A stretch of 64,000 nt of DNA. It comes from an uncultured delta proteobacterium. Lineage in GTDB: Bacteria; Myxococcota_A; Polyangia; Polyangiales; Polyangiaceae. Below the pieces are notes generated by a model. That model did not search any database and was not told where the DNA came from. It saw only the letters and a program-made list of their open reading frames with translations. Positions within the stretch are counted from its first letter, which is position 1. Each line of letters starts with the position of its first letter. The stretch covers positions 1,536,001 to 1,600,000 of the forward strand of contig CAWKKR010000008.1 of NCBI GenBank assembly GCA_963850305.1, given 5' to 3'. Made by a program: the position numbers and the translations under genes. This document shows, one piece after another, positions 52,143 to 62,300 of this stretch.

Positions 52143-52940
52143 TCACCTGACGATGAACCAGCGTACGCCGGGTCGGATCTCGACGTGGAAGTGATTTCGG
52201 TGCGGGAAGTCGTGGTCGGGCGACAAGAGAACGTTGAAGAGTCGAGCCTCGGCCGCGCCGCAGTAGATGTCGCGGAGCTCGCGCGCCTGCGGCGTGTCGG
52301 GCGACGGCGAAGCCGCGCCGGGGCCGCACGGGACCGAGCCAATCCGCCCATGAAAGTCCTTTTCGACGTCGAGCGCCGTCCCGTCCGACTTCTTGAAGAG
52401 CCGCAAATCCGCCGCGAGCCCGCCGAGGTGCGCCGTGCCGAATTTCTCCTGCGGCCATCCCTTGGACGGGGGGCGCCACGCCGAGAATATCCGAACCTCG
52501 TCGATTCCGTGCGCCGTCAGCCTCGGCCCGAGCTCGGCGAGCGCGACCACCAGGCGGCAGTCGAAGACCTCGTAGGGGACGCTTGCCCGGCGGGAGTCCG
52601 GATAATCGGTTCGATACACGACGCCGCCGACGGGTCCCACCAGTCGCACGGGGTTCTCGACGCCCGGCGACGGCGCTCCCTTACGGAAGTGAATGCCTCG
52701 TCTCTCGAGCTCCCCGAGGCATCCGGTCGGAGTCAACGCGCCAATCCGGCACGCCGGCGACTCCGCCGCGTCCTTCGGAAACTCGGGCTGCTTTCCGCGG
52801 GGTCTCCGCCTGTGAGGAGCAGACACGGCCGAAAAGCCACTGAAGAGGAGAACGAGGGCCGTGCCGAGCGCGGCCTGGCGCCGCCGCCGCCGGAAAATGG
52901 CTCGCATTGACGAGCGGGCTCGAAAGGGTAAGAGTTTCAT
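52143..52940 (-). CDS. Extensin-like C-terminal domain protein
   Basis: 'DCRLVVAL', 'AHLGGLAADL', 'FNVLLSPD...HRNHFHVE'. Start uncertain. Confidence 0.7.
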   Translation of the reverse strand: MKLLPFRARSSMRAIFRRRRRQAALGTALVLLFSGFSAVSAPHRRRPRGKQPEFPKDAAESPACRIGALTPTGCLGELERRGIHFRKGAPSPGVENPVRLVGPVGGVVYRTDYPDSRRASVPYEVFDCRLVVALAELGPRLTAHGIDEVRIFSAWRPPSKGWPQEKFGTAHLGGLAADLRLFKKSDGTALDVEKDFHGRIGSVPCGPGAASPSPDTPQARELRDIYCGAAEARLFNVLLSPDHDFPHRNHFHVEIRPGVRWFIVR

Positions 52941-52943
52941 GTC

Positions 52944-53978
52944 GTGACCGGTCTCTCGAGGAGAGAGCGTGCGATCCTGAGTGCCGTCGTGACCGAGTTC
53001 ACCGCGACGGGTGAACCGGTCGCGAGCCGAACGCTCGCGAAAAAATACGGTCTCGACCTCTCGCCGGCGACGATTCGCAACGTTTTGGCGGATTTGGAGG
53101 AGGCAGGGTACCTCACGCAGCCGCATTCGTCCGCCGGCCGCCTCCCGACCGAAGCGGCTTTTCGGCTCTTCATAGACGCCCTGCTGCGGCTCCGGCAGAT
53201 CTCCGTCGATGACGCGTCGAAGATCGCCGGTTGGTTCGGAGAGCTTCCACCCGGCGCCGACATCTTTCGCGGGGCTGGCCGTCTGCTCAGCGACATGACG
53301 GGTGCCGCCGCGGTTCTCGTTCGCTCACGGGTTCCGGAGCGCACGCTCTCCACGATGCGGTTCCTTCGGACGCGCCCGGGTGAGTTGCTCGGTGTCATCG
53401 TGCTCTCGGACGGTACGGTGGAAAACCGATTCATCCAAGTCGAGGTCGCCCCGACCGACCGAGAGCTCGAGAGACTTCACAACATGCTGGAGGAGGTCGT
53501 CGATGGCAGGACGCTCTCGGTCGTGCGCGACTATTTCGCCGGCGAGGTGAACGAACGCCGCGATGAGCTCTCGAACCTGAGACGGATGGGCGTCTCGCTG
53601 CTCGAAGCTGCCATCGACGCGCCCGATCAGCGTCCTCACGTGATCATCGAAGGCCGCGCACGGCTCCTCGCGAATCCCGAGTTCGACACGACGGAGCGCT
53701 TGCGCGACGTCATTCGCGCGCTCGAAGAGCGCGAGCGCCTCGTCGAGCTACTCGATCGCACCATCGAGACGGACCACGTGCAGGTCCTGCTGGGCGGCGA
53801 AACGGAACGGCGCGTCGGCGTTCCGGTGAGCGTCGTCTCGGCGCCCTATCAGGCCGATGGGCGTCCCGGCGGCGCGGTCGGCGTCATCGGCCCGGTCGCG
53901 ATGGATTTCCCAGCGGTGATCCCCGTCGTGCAGGCCACGGCGGAGGCCATGAGCGCCGCACTCTCTCGTCCGCGGTGA
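52944..53978 (+). CDS. hrcA: Heat-inducible transcription repressor HrcA
   Basis: 'EPVASRTL', 'SPATIRNVLADLEEAGYLTQPHSSAGRLPT', 'GVIGP..MD'. Confidence 0.95.
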   Translation: MTGLSRRERAILSAVVTEFTATGEPVASRTLAKKYGLDLSPATIRNVLADLEEAGYLTQPHSSAGRLPTEAAFRLFIDALLRLRQISVDDASKIAGWFGELPPGADIFRGAGRLLSDMTGAAAVLVRSRVPERTLSTMRFLRTRPGELLGVIVLSDGTVENRFIQVEVAPTDRELERLHNMLEEVVDGRTLSVVRDYFAGEVNERRDELSNLRRMGVSLLEAAIDAPDQRPHVIIEGRARLLANPEFDTTERLRDVIRALEERERLVELLDRTIETDHVQVLLGGETERRVGVPVSVVSAPYQADGRPGGAVGVIGPVAMDFPAVIPVVQATAEAMSAALSRPR

Positions 53979-54026
53979 GTCTGCTCGCGCTCTCGTGCGG
54001 AGCGGGTCGTGTTACTGTCCCGGCTC

Positions 54027-55370
54027 ATGCCGAAACCACCTCCCTTGGTGGCCGCGCCGGGCGGCGAAGCGCCGCTCGATCGCGCCCTCGGGTTCGCGGC
54101 GTCGGGCGCTGCGGAGTGGGCGCTTCGCTGGGCCGTCCCGCTCGTCAGGGCGGATCTGTCGGCGCCCCCACCGCTTTTCGTCGTGGCGCATGAACTGCGG
54201 GCCCTCGAACAGAGAGACGCGGCGATTCTCGGCTTCGAAACGGCGGCCGATCGCGCCGCGGACGCCGGAAATCTGCCGCTGGCGCTCGCTGCCGTCGCGG
54301 AGCTCATGTCGCTCGGGGCCGATGTCGCGGCCCGCACCGAGGACATCGCGCGAGCGTACGCCAAGGGTTCCTCGCGTCTCAGAGCAGGCGGCGCGGCGCC
54401 CCCCGCGGTTGCGCCTGCCGACGTGCACGCGCTCCACGCGACACTCGGTGGTGCGCCGCTCATCGACGAGGCCTTGCAGTCGCTCGACTATGCTCGCGCC
54501 GCAGCCGACGCGGAGCGCGCGAAGAAGCCCGCGCCGTCCGTGCCCGCTCACGGAATTTTCTCCTCGCTCAGCGCTCCCGCGTTGCGGGCGTTGATGGCCG
54601 CGTTCGAAGTGCAGATCGTCGCGAAGGGCGAGAAAGTGATCGAGCAGGGCGCGCCGGGTGCGGAAGCATTCGTCCTCGGGCGCGGCGAGCTCGAGGTCGT
54701 CCGCACACGACCGGACGCGCCGGATCTTCTCCTCGCGCGCCTCGGCAACGGCGCGATATTCGGGGAAATGGCGCTTCTCGCGCGCTCTCCACGTGCGGCC
54801 AGCGTCGTCGCCGTGCGTCCGAGCATCGTCCTCAAGGTGCGCGTGGAGGCCCTCGATGCCGTCGCGCGAGAATCTCCGGAGGTTGGCATTGCATTCGCCG
54901 CGTACTGTCAAAAGCGAATGGTCGGCAATCTCGTGCGCACGAGCCCGCTCCTCGGGCCGCTGTCGGCGAGCGAGCGACAGGCGCTCATCGAACGCTTCGA
55001 TTCGAAGACATTCGAGACGGGCGCGAAGCTCATCGTCCAGGGGCAGGAATCCGACGGGATACACGTCATTGCCTCGGGCGAGGTGGCCGTGGTCCGGAAC
55101 GACGCCGGGGAAGACGTGTCGATCGCGACCCTCGGCGTCGGGGAAGTCGTGGGCGAAGTGTCGCTGGTGTTCCGGCGCGTCTCCAACGCGGACGTGGTCG
55201 CCGTCCACCCGACCATGACCTTGCACCTGCCGAGACCGAGGTTCATGGAAATCGTCCGGGAACACCCGACGCTCCTGGCGCAGCTCTACGAGCTTGCCGC
55301 GAAGCGCGACGAAGAAACCGCCAGCATCGTCGCGCAAGAAGCGTCCGAGGCGGACAATCTCATCATCTGA
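54027..55370 (+). CDS. Protein with a helical N-terminus and two cyclic-nucleotide-binding domains
   Basis: 'VIEQGAPG...IFGEMALL..SPRAASV' and 'IVQGQESD...VVGEVSL...SNADV'. Confidence 0.85.
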   Translation: MPKPPPLVAAPGGEAPLDRALGFAASGAAEWALRWAVPLVRADLSAPPPLFVVAHELRALEQRDAAILGFETAADRAADAGNLPLALAAVAELMSLGADVAARTEDIARAYAKGSSRLRAGGAAPPAVAPADVHALHATLGGAPLIDEALQSLDYARAAADAERAKKPAPSVPAHGIFSSLSAPALRALMAAFEVQIVAKGEKVIEQGAPGAEAFVLGRGELEVVRTRPDAPDLLLARLGNGAIFGEMALLARSPRAASVVAVRPSIVLKVRVEALDAVARESPEVGIAFAAYCQKRMVGNLVRTSPLLGPLSASERQALIERFDSKTFETGAKLIVQGQESDGIHVIASGEVAVVRNDAGEDVSIATLGVGEVVGEVSLVFRRVSNADVVAVHPTMTLHLPRPRFMEIVREHPTLLAQLYELAAKRDEETASIVAQEASEADNLII

Positions 55371-55471
55371 TCGAATTTCTGCGGGCATTTGGGACCCCGG
55401 ACCGGCTTTTCGAGGGGATTCTCGCGACCCGCCTTGACGCACGGTCCCGGCCGCAGGTAAGCCCCCGGGAA

Positions 55472-56029
55472 ATGAGAGCCCTGCTTCGGTTCGTGAGCCT
55501 CGCGCTCCCCCTCGTGCTCGCGGGCACGTCGGCCTCCGTCGCCCACGCGGAGATGAAGATCGCCGTCGTCGACACCCAGCGTGCCGTGATGGAGACGGAA
55601 GACGGTCTCCGCGCCCAGGCCGCGCTGAAGAAGAATTTCGACAAGCGCCAGAAGGATCTGGACGACAAGCAGGTCGCTCTCCAGAAGGAGCGAGACGACA
55701 TCGACAAGCAGAAGGAGGTCTTGAGCAAGCAAGCCCTTCAAGCTCGCGTCGACAAGTGGCAACACGAGATGGCGGACCTTCAGACCACCTTCGTCGAGTA
55801 CAACAAAGAGATTCAGAAGAAGCAGAACGAGCTGACGCAGCCCATCTTCCAGAAGGCGATGGGCATCATCCGGCGGATCGCCACCCAGAACGGCTACGAC
55901 ATGGTCCTCGACAAGCAGGTGGTGCCGTACAATCGGAGCGACCTCGACCTGACCGACCGCGTCATCACGGAATACAACCAGAGCGGCGGCGCTGCACCGA
56001 CGCCCGGCACGCCGCCCGCGAAGAAGTAG
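55472..56029 (+). CDS. skp: OmpH/Skp periplasmic chaperone
   Basis: Signal peptide, 'KIAVVD', coiled coil, 'GYDMVLD...DLTD.VI'. Confidence 0.92.
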   Translation: MRALLRFVSLALPLVLAGTSASVAHAEMKIAVVDTQRAVMETEDGLRAQAALKKNFDKRQKDLDDKQVALQKERDDIDKQKEVLSKQALQARVDKWQHEMADLQTTFVEYNKEIQKKQNELTQPIFQKAMGIIRRIATQNGYDMVLDKQVVPYNRSDLDLTDRVITEYNQSGGAAPTPGTPPAKK

Positions 56030-56031
56030 CG

Positions 56032-56991
56032 TTGTCGGACGGCGTCGCGCTTCGCGTCGCGCGAACGCTCCGCGAGCTACAGCGCGAGTTCGGCGGCGAC
56101 CTCGACGACGGGGTGGCGCCGCGCACCGTCGATCGCGTCGTATCGCCCGAACATGCCGCTTCCGACGCCGATCTCGTCGTCGTGACGGCCGCGCGGCTCA
56201 CGTCGCTCGCCTCGTCCGTCCCCGGCGTTCTCCTGTGTCAGCAGGACCTCGCGCCGCGCGTCCCCGGCGGTCGTCGGTGGGTGCACGCGCACGCGCCATG
56301 GGTCGTCGCTCGCCTCCTCGCCGAAGTGTCCACCGATGTAGTCGCTCCCGGCATCGAACCCACGGCCAGCGTCAACGCCGAGGCCCACGTTCATCCGACC
56401 GCCAGCGTCCGTCAGGGTGCCGTCGTCCTCGGAGGCGCCACGATCGGCCGGGAAACCCTCGTCGGCGAAGGCGCGGTCGTTTACGGCCGCACGTGCATCG
56501 GGGCCCGCGTCACGATCGGCCCGAACGCGGTCCTCGGTCGTCCTGGATTTGGTTGGGCCGCGAGCCCGGACGGCACGCTGATTCGCGTCCCACAGCTCGG
56601 CGGCGTGATCGTGGAAGACGACGTCGAGATCGGCGCGCTCGCGACCGTCGACGCCGGCACACTGTCGCCCACGATCCTGCGCCGCGGCGTCAAGCTCGAC
56701 GCCCACGTCCACGTCGCGCACAACGTCGAGATCGGCGCGCACACGGTCGTCGCGGCCCAGGCGGGCTTCGCGGGGTCCGCGTGGGTCGGGAAGGGCGTTC
56801 TCGTCGGTGGGCAAGCCGGCGTCACCGATCACGCGCGCGTCGGCGAAGGCGCGCGCATCGCCGCGAAGAGCGGCGTCATCGGCGATATCGCCCCGGGCAA
56901 GACCGTGGCAGGATTCCCCGCGATCCCCCGGGTCGAGTGGCTCCGCGCCTGGGCGGGGCTGCTCGGGCAGAGAAAGAGGACGAAGACGTGA
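56032..56991 (+). CDS. lpxD: UDP-3-O-acylglucosamine N-acyltransferase
   Basis: Hexapeptide repeats, 'GFG', '[19 protein letters not shown]', '[12 protein letters not shown]'. TTG start inferred. Confidence 0.9.
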   Translation: MSDGVALRVARTLRELQREFGGDLDDGVAPRTVDRVVSPEHAASDADLVVVTAARLTSLASSVPGVLLCQQDLAPRVPGGRRWVHAHAPWVVARLLAEVSTDVVAPGIEPTASVNAEAHVHPTASVRQGAVVLGGATIGRETLVGEGAVVYGRTCIGARVTIGPNAVLGRPGFGWAASPDGTLIRVPQLGGVIVEDDVEIGALATVDAGTLSPTILRRGVKLDAHVHVAHNVEIGAHTVVAAQAGFAGSAWVGKGVLVGGQAGVTDHARVGEGARIAAKSGVIGDIAPGKTVAGFPAIPRVEWLRAWAGLLGQRKRTKT

Positions 56992-57443
56992 ACGGCAAGC
57001 GCGTTCAGCTCGACATCGCGAAGATCCTGGAGATCTTGCCGCACCGGTATCCGTTCGTGATGGTGGACCGGGTGACGGAGCTGATCGCTGGCAAATACAT
57101 CTCCGGTCACAAGATGGTCAGCTACAACGAGCCGTGGTCCGAGGGACACTTCCCCGGCCGCCCGATCCTGCCCGGCGTGCTCATCATCGAGTCGCTTGCC
57201 CAGATCGGCGGGATCCTCGCGTACGCGAGCGACCCCTTCGACGCGTCGCAGAGCCTCATGTACTTCCTCGGGATCGACAAGGCGAAGTTCCGGCACCCCG
57301 TCACGCCCGGGGATCGCCTCGACCTCTACGTCGAGGTCGTCCATCATCGCTCGAACGTGTGGAAACTGCGCGGCGAGGCCACGGTCGACGGCGTGCTCGC
57401 GGCGCAAGGCGAGCTCCTCGCGTCGATCGTCGAACGCGATTGA
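56988..57443 (+). CDS. fabZ: 3-hydroxyacyl-ACP dehydratase
   Basis: 'LPHRYPF', '[20 protein letters not shown]', 'KFRHPV.PGD'. Confidence 0.95.
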   Translation: MNGKRVQLDIAKILEILPHRYPFVMVDRVTELIAGKYISGHKMVSYNEPWSEGHFPGRPILPGVLIIESLAQIGGILAYASDPFDASQSLMYFLGIDKAKFRHPVTPGDRLDLYVEVVHHRSNVWKLRGEATVDGVLAAQGELLASIVERD

Positions 57444-57450
57444 ATCGAAG

Positions 57451-58239
57451 ATGGCCTCGCGCGCGGCACCGAGCGTCCATCCGACCGCCGTCGTGGACGC
57501 GAGCGCGCGTCTCGGAGACGGGGTGGTCATCGGTCCGCTGTCGTACGTCGGGCCCGGCGTGGAGATCGGTGAACGGACGGAGCTCGTCGCCCAGGCCACG
57601 GTGCTCGGTCCGTGCCGCATCGGCCGGAACAACCGCATTCACCCTCACGCGACGCTCGGCGCGGCGCCGCAAGATCGCACCTTTTCCGGCGAGACGACGG
57701 AGCTCGTCGCCGGGGACGACAATCAGTTCCGCGAACTGGTCACCGTGCATCGCGGCACCGCGAAGGGCGGCGGCGTCACCCGCGTCGGCTCGCGCGGGCT
57801 CTTCATGGTCGGCGCGCACGTCGCGCACGACTGCGTCGTCGGAGATGGCGTCACGCTCGCGAACTACACGAGTCTCGGCGGCCACGTCCGCGTCGAGGAC
57901 CGCGCCGTGCTCGGCGGCCACGTCGCGGTTGCGCCGTTCTGCGTCGTGGGCGAGCTCGCGTTCGCGGCCGGCGGCTCGATGATCGAGCGGGACGTCCCGC
58001 CCTTCCTCATCGTCTCCGGCGATCGCGCCCGCGTTCGCGGTTTGAACCGTGTCGGCCTCGCGCGGGCCGGCATCCCCGAGGCATCCCGCGACGCACTCGA
58101 ACGCGCTTATCGCGTCCTGTACGGTTCGAAGGAGCCGCTGGCGCTCGCCCTCGACGCGGCGGAATCGGAGCTCTCGGACAATCCGCACGTCCGACGGCTC
58201 GTCGCGTTCATCCGCGCCGCCTCCACCAAGGCCGGTTGA
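57451..58239 (+). CDS. lpxA: Acyl-ACP--UDP-N-acetylglucosamine O-acyltransferase
   Basis: 'VHPTAVV', 'PQD', 'TVHRGT', 'HVAHDC', 'DVPPF', 'GLNRVGL.R'. Confidence 0.93.
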   Translation: MASRAAPSVHPTAVVDASARLGDGVVIGPLSYVGPGVEIGERTELVAQATVLGPCRIGRNNRIHPHATLGAAPQDRTFSGETTELVAGDDNQFRELVTVHRGTAKGGGVTRVGSRGLFMVGAHVAHDCVVGDGVTLANYTSLGGHVRVEDRAVLGGHVAVAPFCVVGELAFAAGGSMIERDVPPFLIVSGDRARVRGLNRVGLARAGIPEASRDALERAYRVLYGSKEPLALALDAAESELSDNPHVRRLVAFIRAASTKAG

Positions 58240-58460
58240 ACCGGTGCCCCCGAAGATTCGTTCGGGTGGAGCGCGAGGCCGCCCTCGCCATGGAGCTGCA
58301 CCAGATTCGTCCTTTGCTGGATTCTGTAAGCACACATCCTCGCACGTATGCGTCTCGACGAACGAGAGCCGAGTGGCGCAAGAGCATGTACCGAGCGGTT
58401 TCGTGCTGCGGGAACGTCGACGCCAGGCTATTCAAGGTGCTGCGGTCAGAAGAGCTTTGA

Positions 58461-59180
58461 ATGTGTGGCGGCAAATTGAGATTCGCGGCGGCTGGCGCCC
58501 TCTTGCTGGCGCTCGGGTGTTCGGCGAGCAGCTCCTCGAACAATAACCCGTTCGCTCAAGGTGGTGCAGGCGGTGCGGACCAGTACGGCACCGGCGGTAC
58601 GGGAAATGGGGGCTCGTCGTACAACGCCGGTGGGACGACCTCCGTCACCGGCAACGGCGGCCACCAGGGAACGACATTGTTCGATGCCGGTACCGGTCCC
58701 TACCCTTACGATCTGAACACGACCTTCAGCTGGCCCACCACTAGCGCCGAGGGCGGCATTGGCGGGCGCTGCAAGGCGGGTCACTACGTCGGCACGTATA
58801 GCTGTGAAGTGACGAACGCCGACGCGGGCGTCTATTCGCTCACGGGTCCCGTCGACCTCCAGCTATCGGAAGCGCAGAGCGGGGAATTCCTGACCGTCAG
58901 CGGCGGCGAGCTGAAATCGGCCGCGGGCATTCTCGCGATGGACGCGACGGTCGTCGGTCAGTTGAACTGCCAATCCGGTGCGTTCTCCGGAAACCTCCCG
59001 CATGGATCGCTGGCGCTGGTACCGTTCCCCCCGGCTCCGGATTCGTTCGACGGCACCATGCAGGCGTCGTTCGTTTCGTCCGGACCCGCCTTGAGTGGCA
59101 CCTGGACGCTTTTCGGCGAGGGCACCTTCCAGGGTTACGTCTGTCACGGACCTTGGACCGCGAAGTGGCAACCGAACTGA
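58461..59180 (+). CDS. Hypothetical lipoprotein
   Basis: Lipobox 'LALGC', Gly-rich linker, beta-rich domain with four Cys. Confidence 0.75.
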   Translation: MCGGKLRFAAAGALLLALGCSASSSSNNNPFAQGGAGGADQYGTGGTGNGGSSYNAGGTTSVTGNGGHQGTTLFDAGTGPYPYDLNTTFSWPTTSAEGGIGGRCKAGHYVGTYSCEVTNADAGVYSLTGPVDLQLSEAQSGEFLTVSGGELKSAAGILAMDATVVGQLNCQSGAFSGNLPHGSLALVPFPPAPDSFDGTMQASFVSSGPALSGTWTLFGEGTFQGYVCHGPWTAKWQPN

Positions 59181-59352
59181 CGGCCTCGGCTTCCCGGACA
59201 GGCTGAGCGCCGACAATCCGCGCACGCCTTGCGGCGTCGCGCCGGCATTGGGCGGTGCCGACACCTAACCGGCGCCGACCTGTTGCGCTGCGACCCTCGG
59301 TGCACCACGTTCCGGCGCGGAAGAGGGCGTCTTCACCCGGAGTCCACTCGAG

Positions 59353-62300
59353 ATGAGCGAGGCGGAACGGTTCTCGTGCTGCTTGGTCGGCGAGGGGAAG
59401 CTTCTCGCGGAGTGCGCGGAGGTGCTGCGCGCTCGCGGACACGATGTCGTCGCCGTGATCTCGTCGGAACCGTCGGTCATCCGGTGGTGCGAGACCAGCA
59501 GGGTGCCCCGCGCGCCGTGGGCCTGCGATCGCCTCGCGTTTCTGGGAACCGTCGCGTTCGACTACCTGTTCAGCGTCGTGAATCACCGCGTGCTGGACGC
59601 GGAGGTACTGCGGCTCGCGCGGCGTGGCGCCGTGAATTATCACGACTCGCCGCTGCCCGCGTACGCGGGGTTCAACGTGACCTCGTGGGCGATCGCGAAC
59701 GGCGAGACCTCGCACGGCGTGACCTGGCACGAGATGTCGGAGCGCGTGGACTCCGGACGGATCTCGAAGCAGCGTCGCTTCGCGCTCGCGCCCGACGAGA
59801 CGGCGTTCAGCCTGGCGGCGCGCTGTCACGCAGTCGCGCTCGAGACATTCGCGGAGCTCATCGACGAACTTTCGACCCACCGGGTGGATGCGCGCGAGCA
59901 GGGCGCCGAGGGGCGCACGTACTTCGGGCGTCACGCGCGGCCGGCAAGCGTCCTCGACTTCACGAAGCCGGCCGCGGAGCTCGCGCGCCTTCTCCGAGCG
60001 CTGGACACGGGTCCGGAAGACAGCTTTCTCGGCGTCCCCAAACTCGCAGCAACCAACCTCTTCTATCTGCTGAAGGAAGCCCGAGCAGCGCCGGCTTCGA
60101 AGCTCGGTGCGGCGCCGTCGACGATCGTCGCGATCGATGCGAACGCGATCCGTGTCGCGACCGGCGAGGGGGAGCTCCGGTTGTTGCAAGTCGCGGCGCT
60201 CGACGGCACGCCGCGCTCGCTCGCCGAGCTGGTGAGCGAAGCGAAGCTCCACGTGGGAGCGAGGCTCGAACGTCCGCCGCTCGACGCGATCGCGACGTTC
60301 GACGCCGAGATTGCGAGGCACGAGGGCTTCTTCGTCGAGCGCCTGAAGAGCTCGGTTCCCGCTGCGTTTCTCGACGTGAGAGGCGCGACCGCGACCGCGA
60401 TCGAAGTCGAAGAAGCGGACTTCGACGTGCCGTCGCTTCACGCTCGCGCGGCCGACGCGGACTTCGCGATGCTGGTCTTTGCGATTTTCGTTCGTCGGTG
60501 CGGCGTGGGGGACGTCGAGGACATCGGTTTCGACGATCGCACGGCTCTCATCGAAGGTCCGTTCGTTCACCAGGTGCCGTTCCGCATCGGGTGGAAGCGC
60601 GACGAGAGGTCCGACACGGCGCTCGACGAGGCTCGCGCCGAGCTTGCCGAGCTGCGCCAGCGTCGTGCGTTCGCCGCGGACGTCTGGGAACGCCACGCCG
60701 CCCTGCGCGAGCTCCCGCGACTCGGTCTGTCGCGAGGCTATCCGATCGTGATACGTCGCGAAGGGTTCGATTCGGCGTTCTTGCCTGGAACGATTCTCGA
60801 ACTGACGTTCGTCGGCGGTCGGGTCCATGCACGCTTCGATGGGCGGATGCTCGCGCCGCTCGATGTGCGTCGACTCGGAGCGAGATTCGAGGCGTTCGTC
60901 CAAGCGGCGCTCGCCGCGCCGGAGACGCCCTTGGACCGGCTGCCCATCGTGCCCGAGTCGGAGCGCCGGCTCTTGCTCGAAGGATGGAACGCGACGAAGC
61001 GCGACGTGCCCGTGCGTTGCGTGCACGAGTTCTTCGAACGCCAGGTCGTCGAGACGCCGGAGGCCGTCGCGGTCGTGTTCCGCGATCGGAGGCTCACGTA
61101 CCACGAGCTGAATGAGCGCGCGAACGCAGTCGCTCACCGGTTGATGCGTGAGCACGTCGGCCCCGACGTACTCGTCGGGATCTACCTCGAGCGATCGATC
61201 GACATGCTCGTCGCGATGCTCGCGGTGCTCAAGGCGGGAGGAGCGTACGTGCCGCTCGATCCCGGTTACCCGGCGGAGCGGCTCGGGTGGATGCTGGAAG
61301 ACTGCCGCGCAACGGTCATCCTCACGAGCGCGCGGCTCTGCGCGACCTTGCCGCACCATTCGGCCACCGTCGTAGACGTCACGGGCGCCGAGCTCGGCGG
61401 CTCGTCGCACGAGAACCCGCGCACCGCGGTGCGACCGGAGCATCTCGCTTACGTCATCTTCACGTCGGGCTCCACGGGGCGTCCGAAGGGCGTGATGATC
61501 GAACACCGGAACGTCGCGAACTTCTTCGCCGGCATGGACGAGCGGGTGGGCACGACGGCGCGCTCGGGAAAGCAACCCGCGTGGCTCGCCGTGACGAGCA
61601 TGTCGTTCGACATTCACGTGCTGGAGCTGCTCTGGACGCTCGCGCGCGGTTTCAAGGTCGTGCTCGCGGAAGAGCAGAGCGCCGCGAGAACGCGGACGGC
61701 GTCCGTGTCGCGAAAGATGGATTTCAGTCTGTTTTACTTCGCGAGCGACGCCGCGGGCGCGGGCGCGGAACGGTATCGCTTGCTCACCGAAGGCGCGAAA
61801 TTCGCGGACGAGCACGATTTCGCGGCGGTCTGGACGCCCGAGCGACACTTCCATGCGTTCGGCGGCCTTTATCCGAATCCTTCGGTCACGAGCGCGGCGC
61901 TCGCCGTGCTCACGAAGCGCACCCAGATCCGCGCCGGGAGCGTCGTGTTGCCGCTCCACAATCCGGTGCGCGTCGCGGAGGAGTGGTCGGTCGTGGACAA
62001 CCTGTCGGGTGGGCGCGTCGGACTTTCGTTCGCGTCGGGCTGGCACGCGAGCGACTTCGCGCTCGCGCCGGACCACTACGCGGACCGCAAGGAACGCATG
62101 TTCCTCGGCATCGAGACGATCCGCAAACTATGGCGCGGCGAATCCATCGACGCGACCAGCGGCGACGGCAAGCCGATCCAGATCCGGATCCAGCCGCTGC
62201 CGGTGCGCGCGCGGCCGCCGATCTGGATCACGACGGCCGGCAACGTGGGGACGTTCCGCGCCGCGGGCGAGCAAGGGTTCAATCTGCTCACCAACCTGCT

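Noticed and set aside
58897..62076. 1059-aa minus-strand ORF
   Set aside because: Antisense shadow of the NRPS, with no recognisable motifs.
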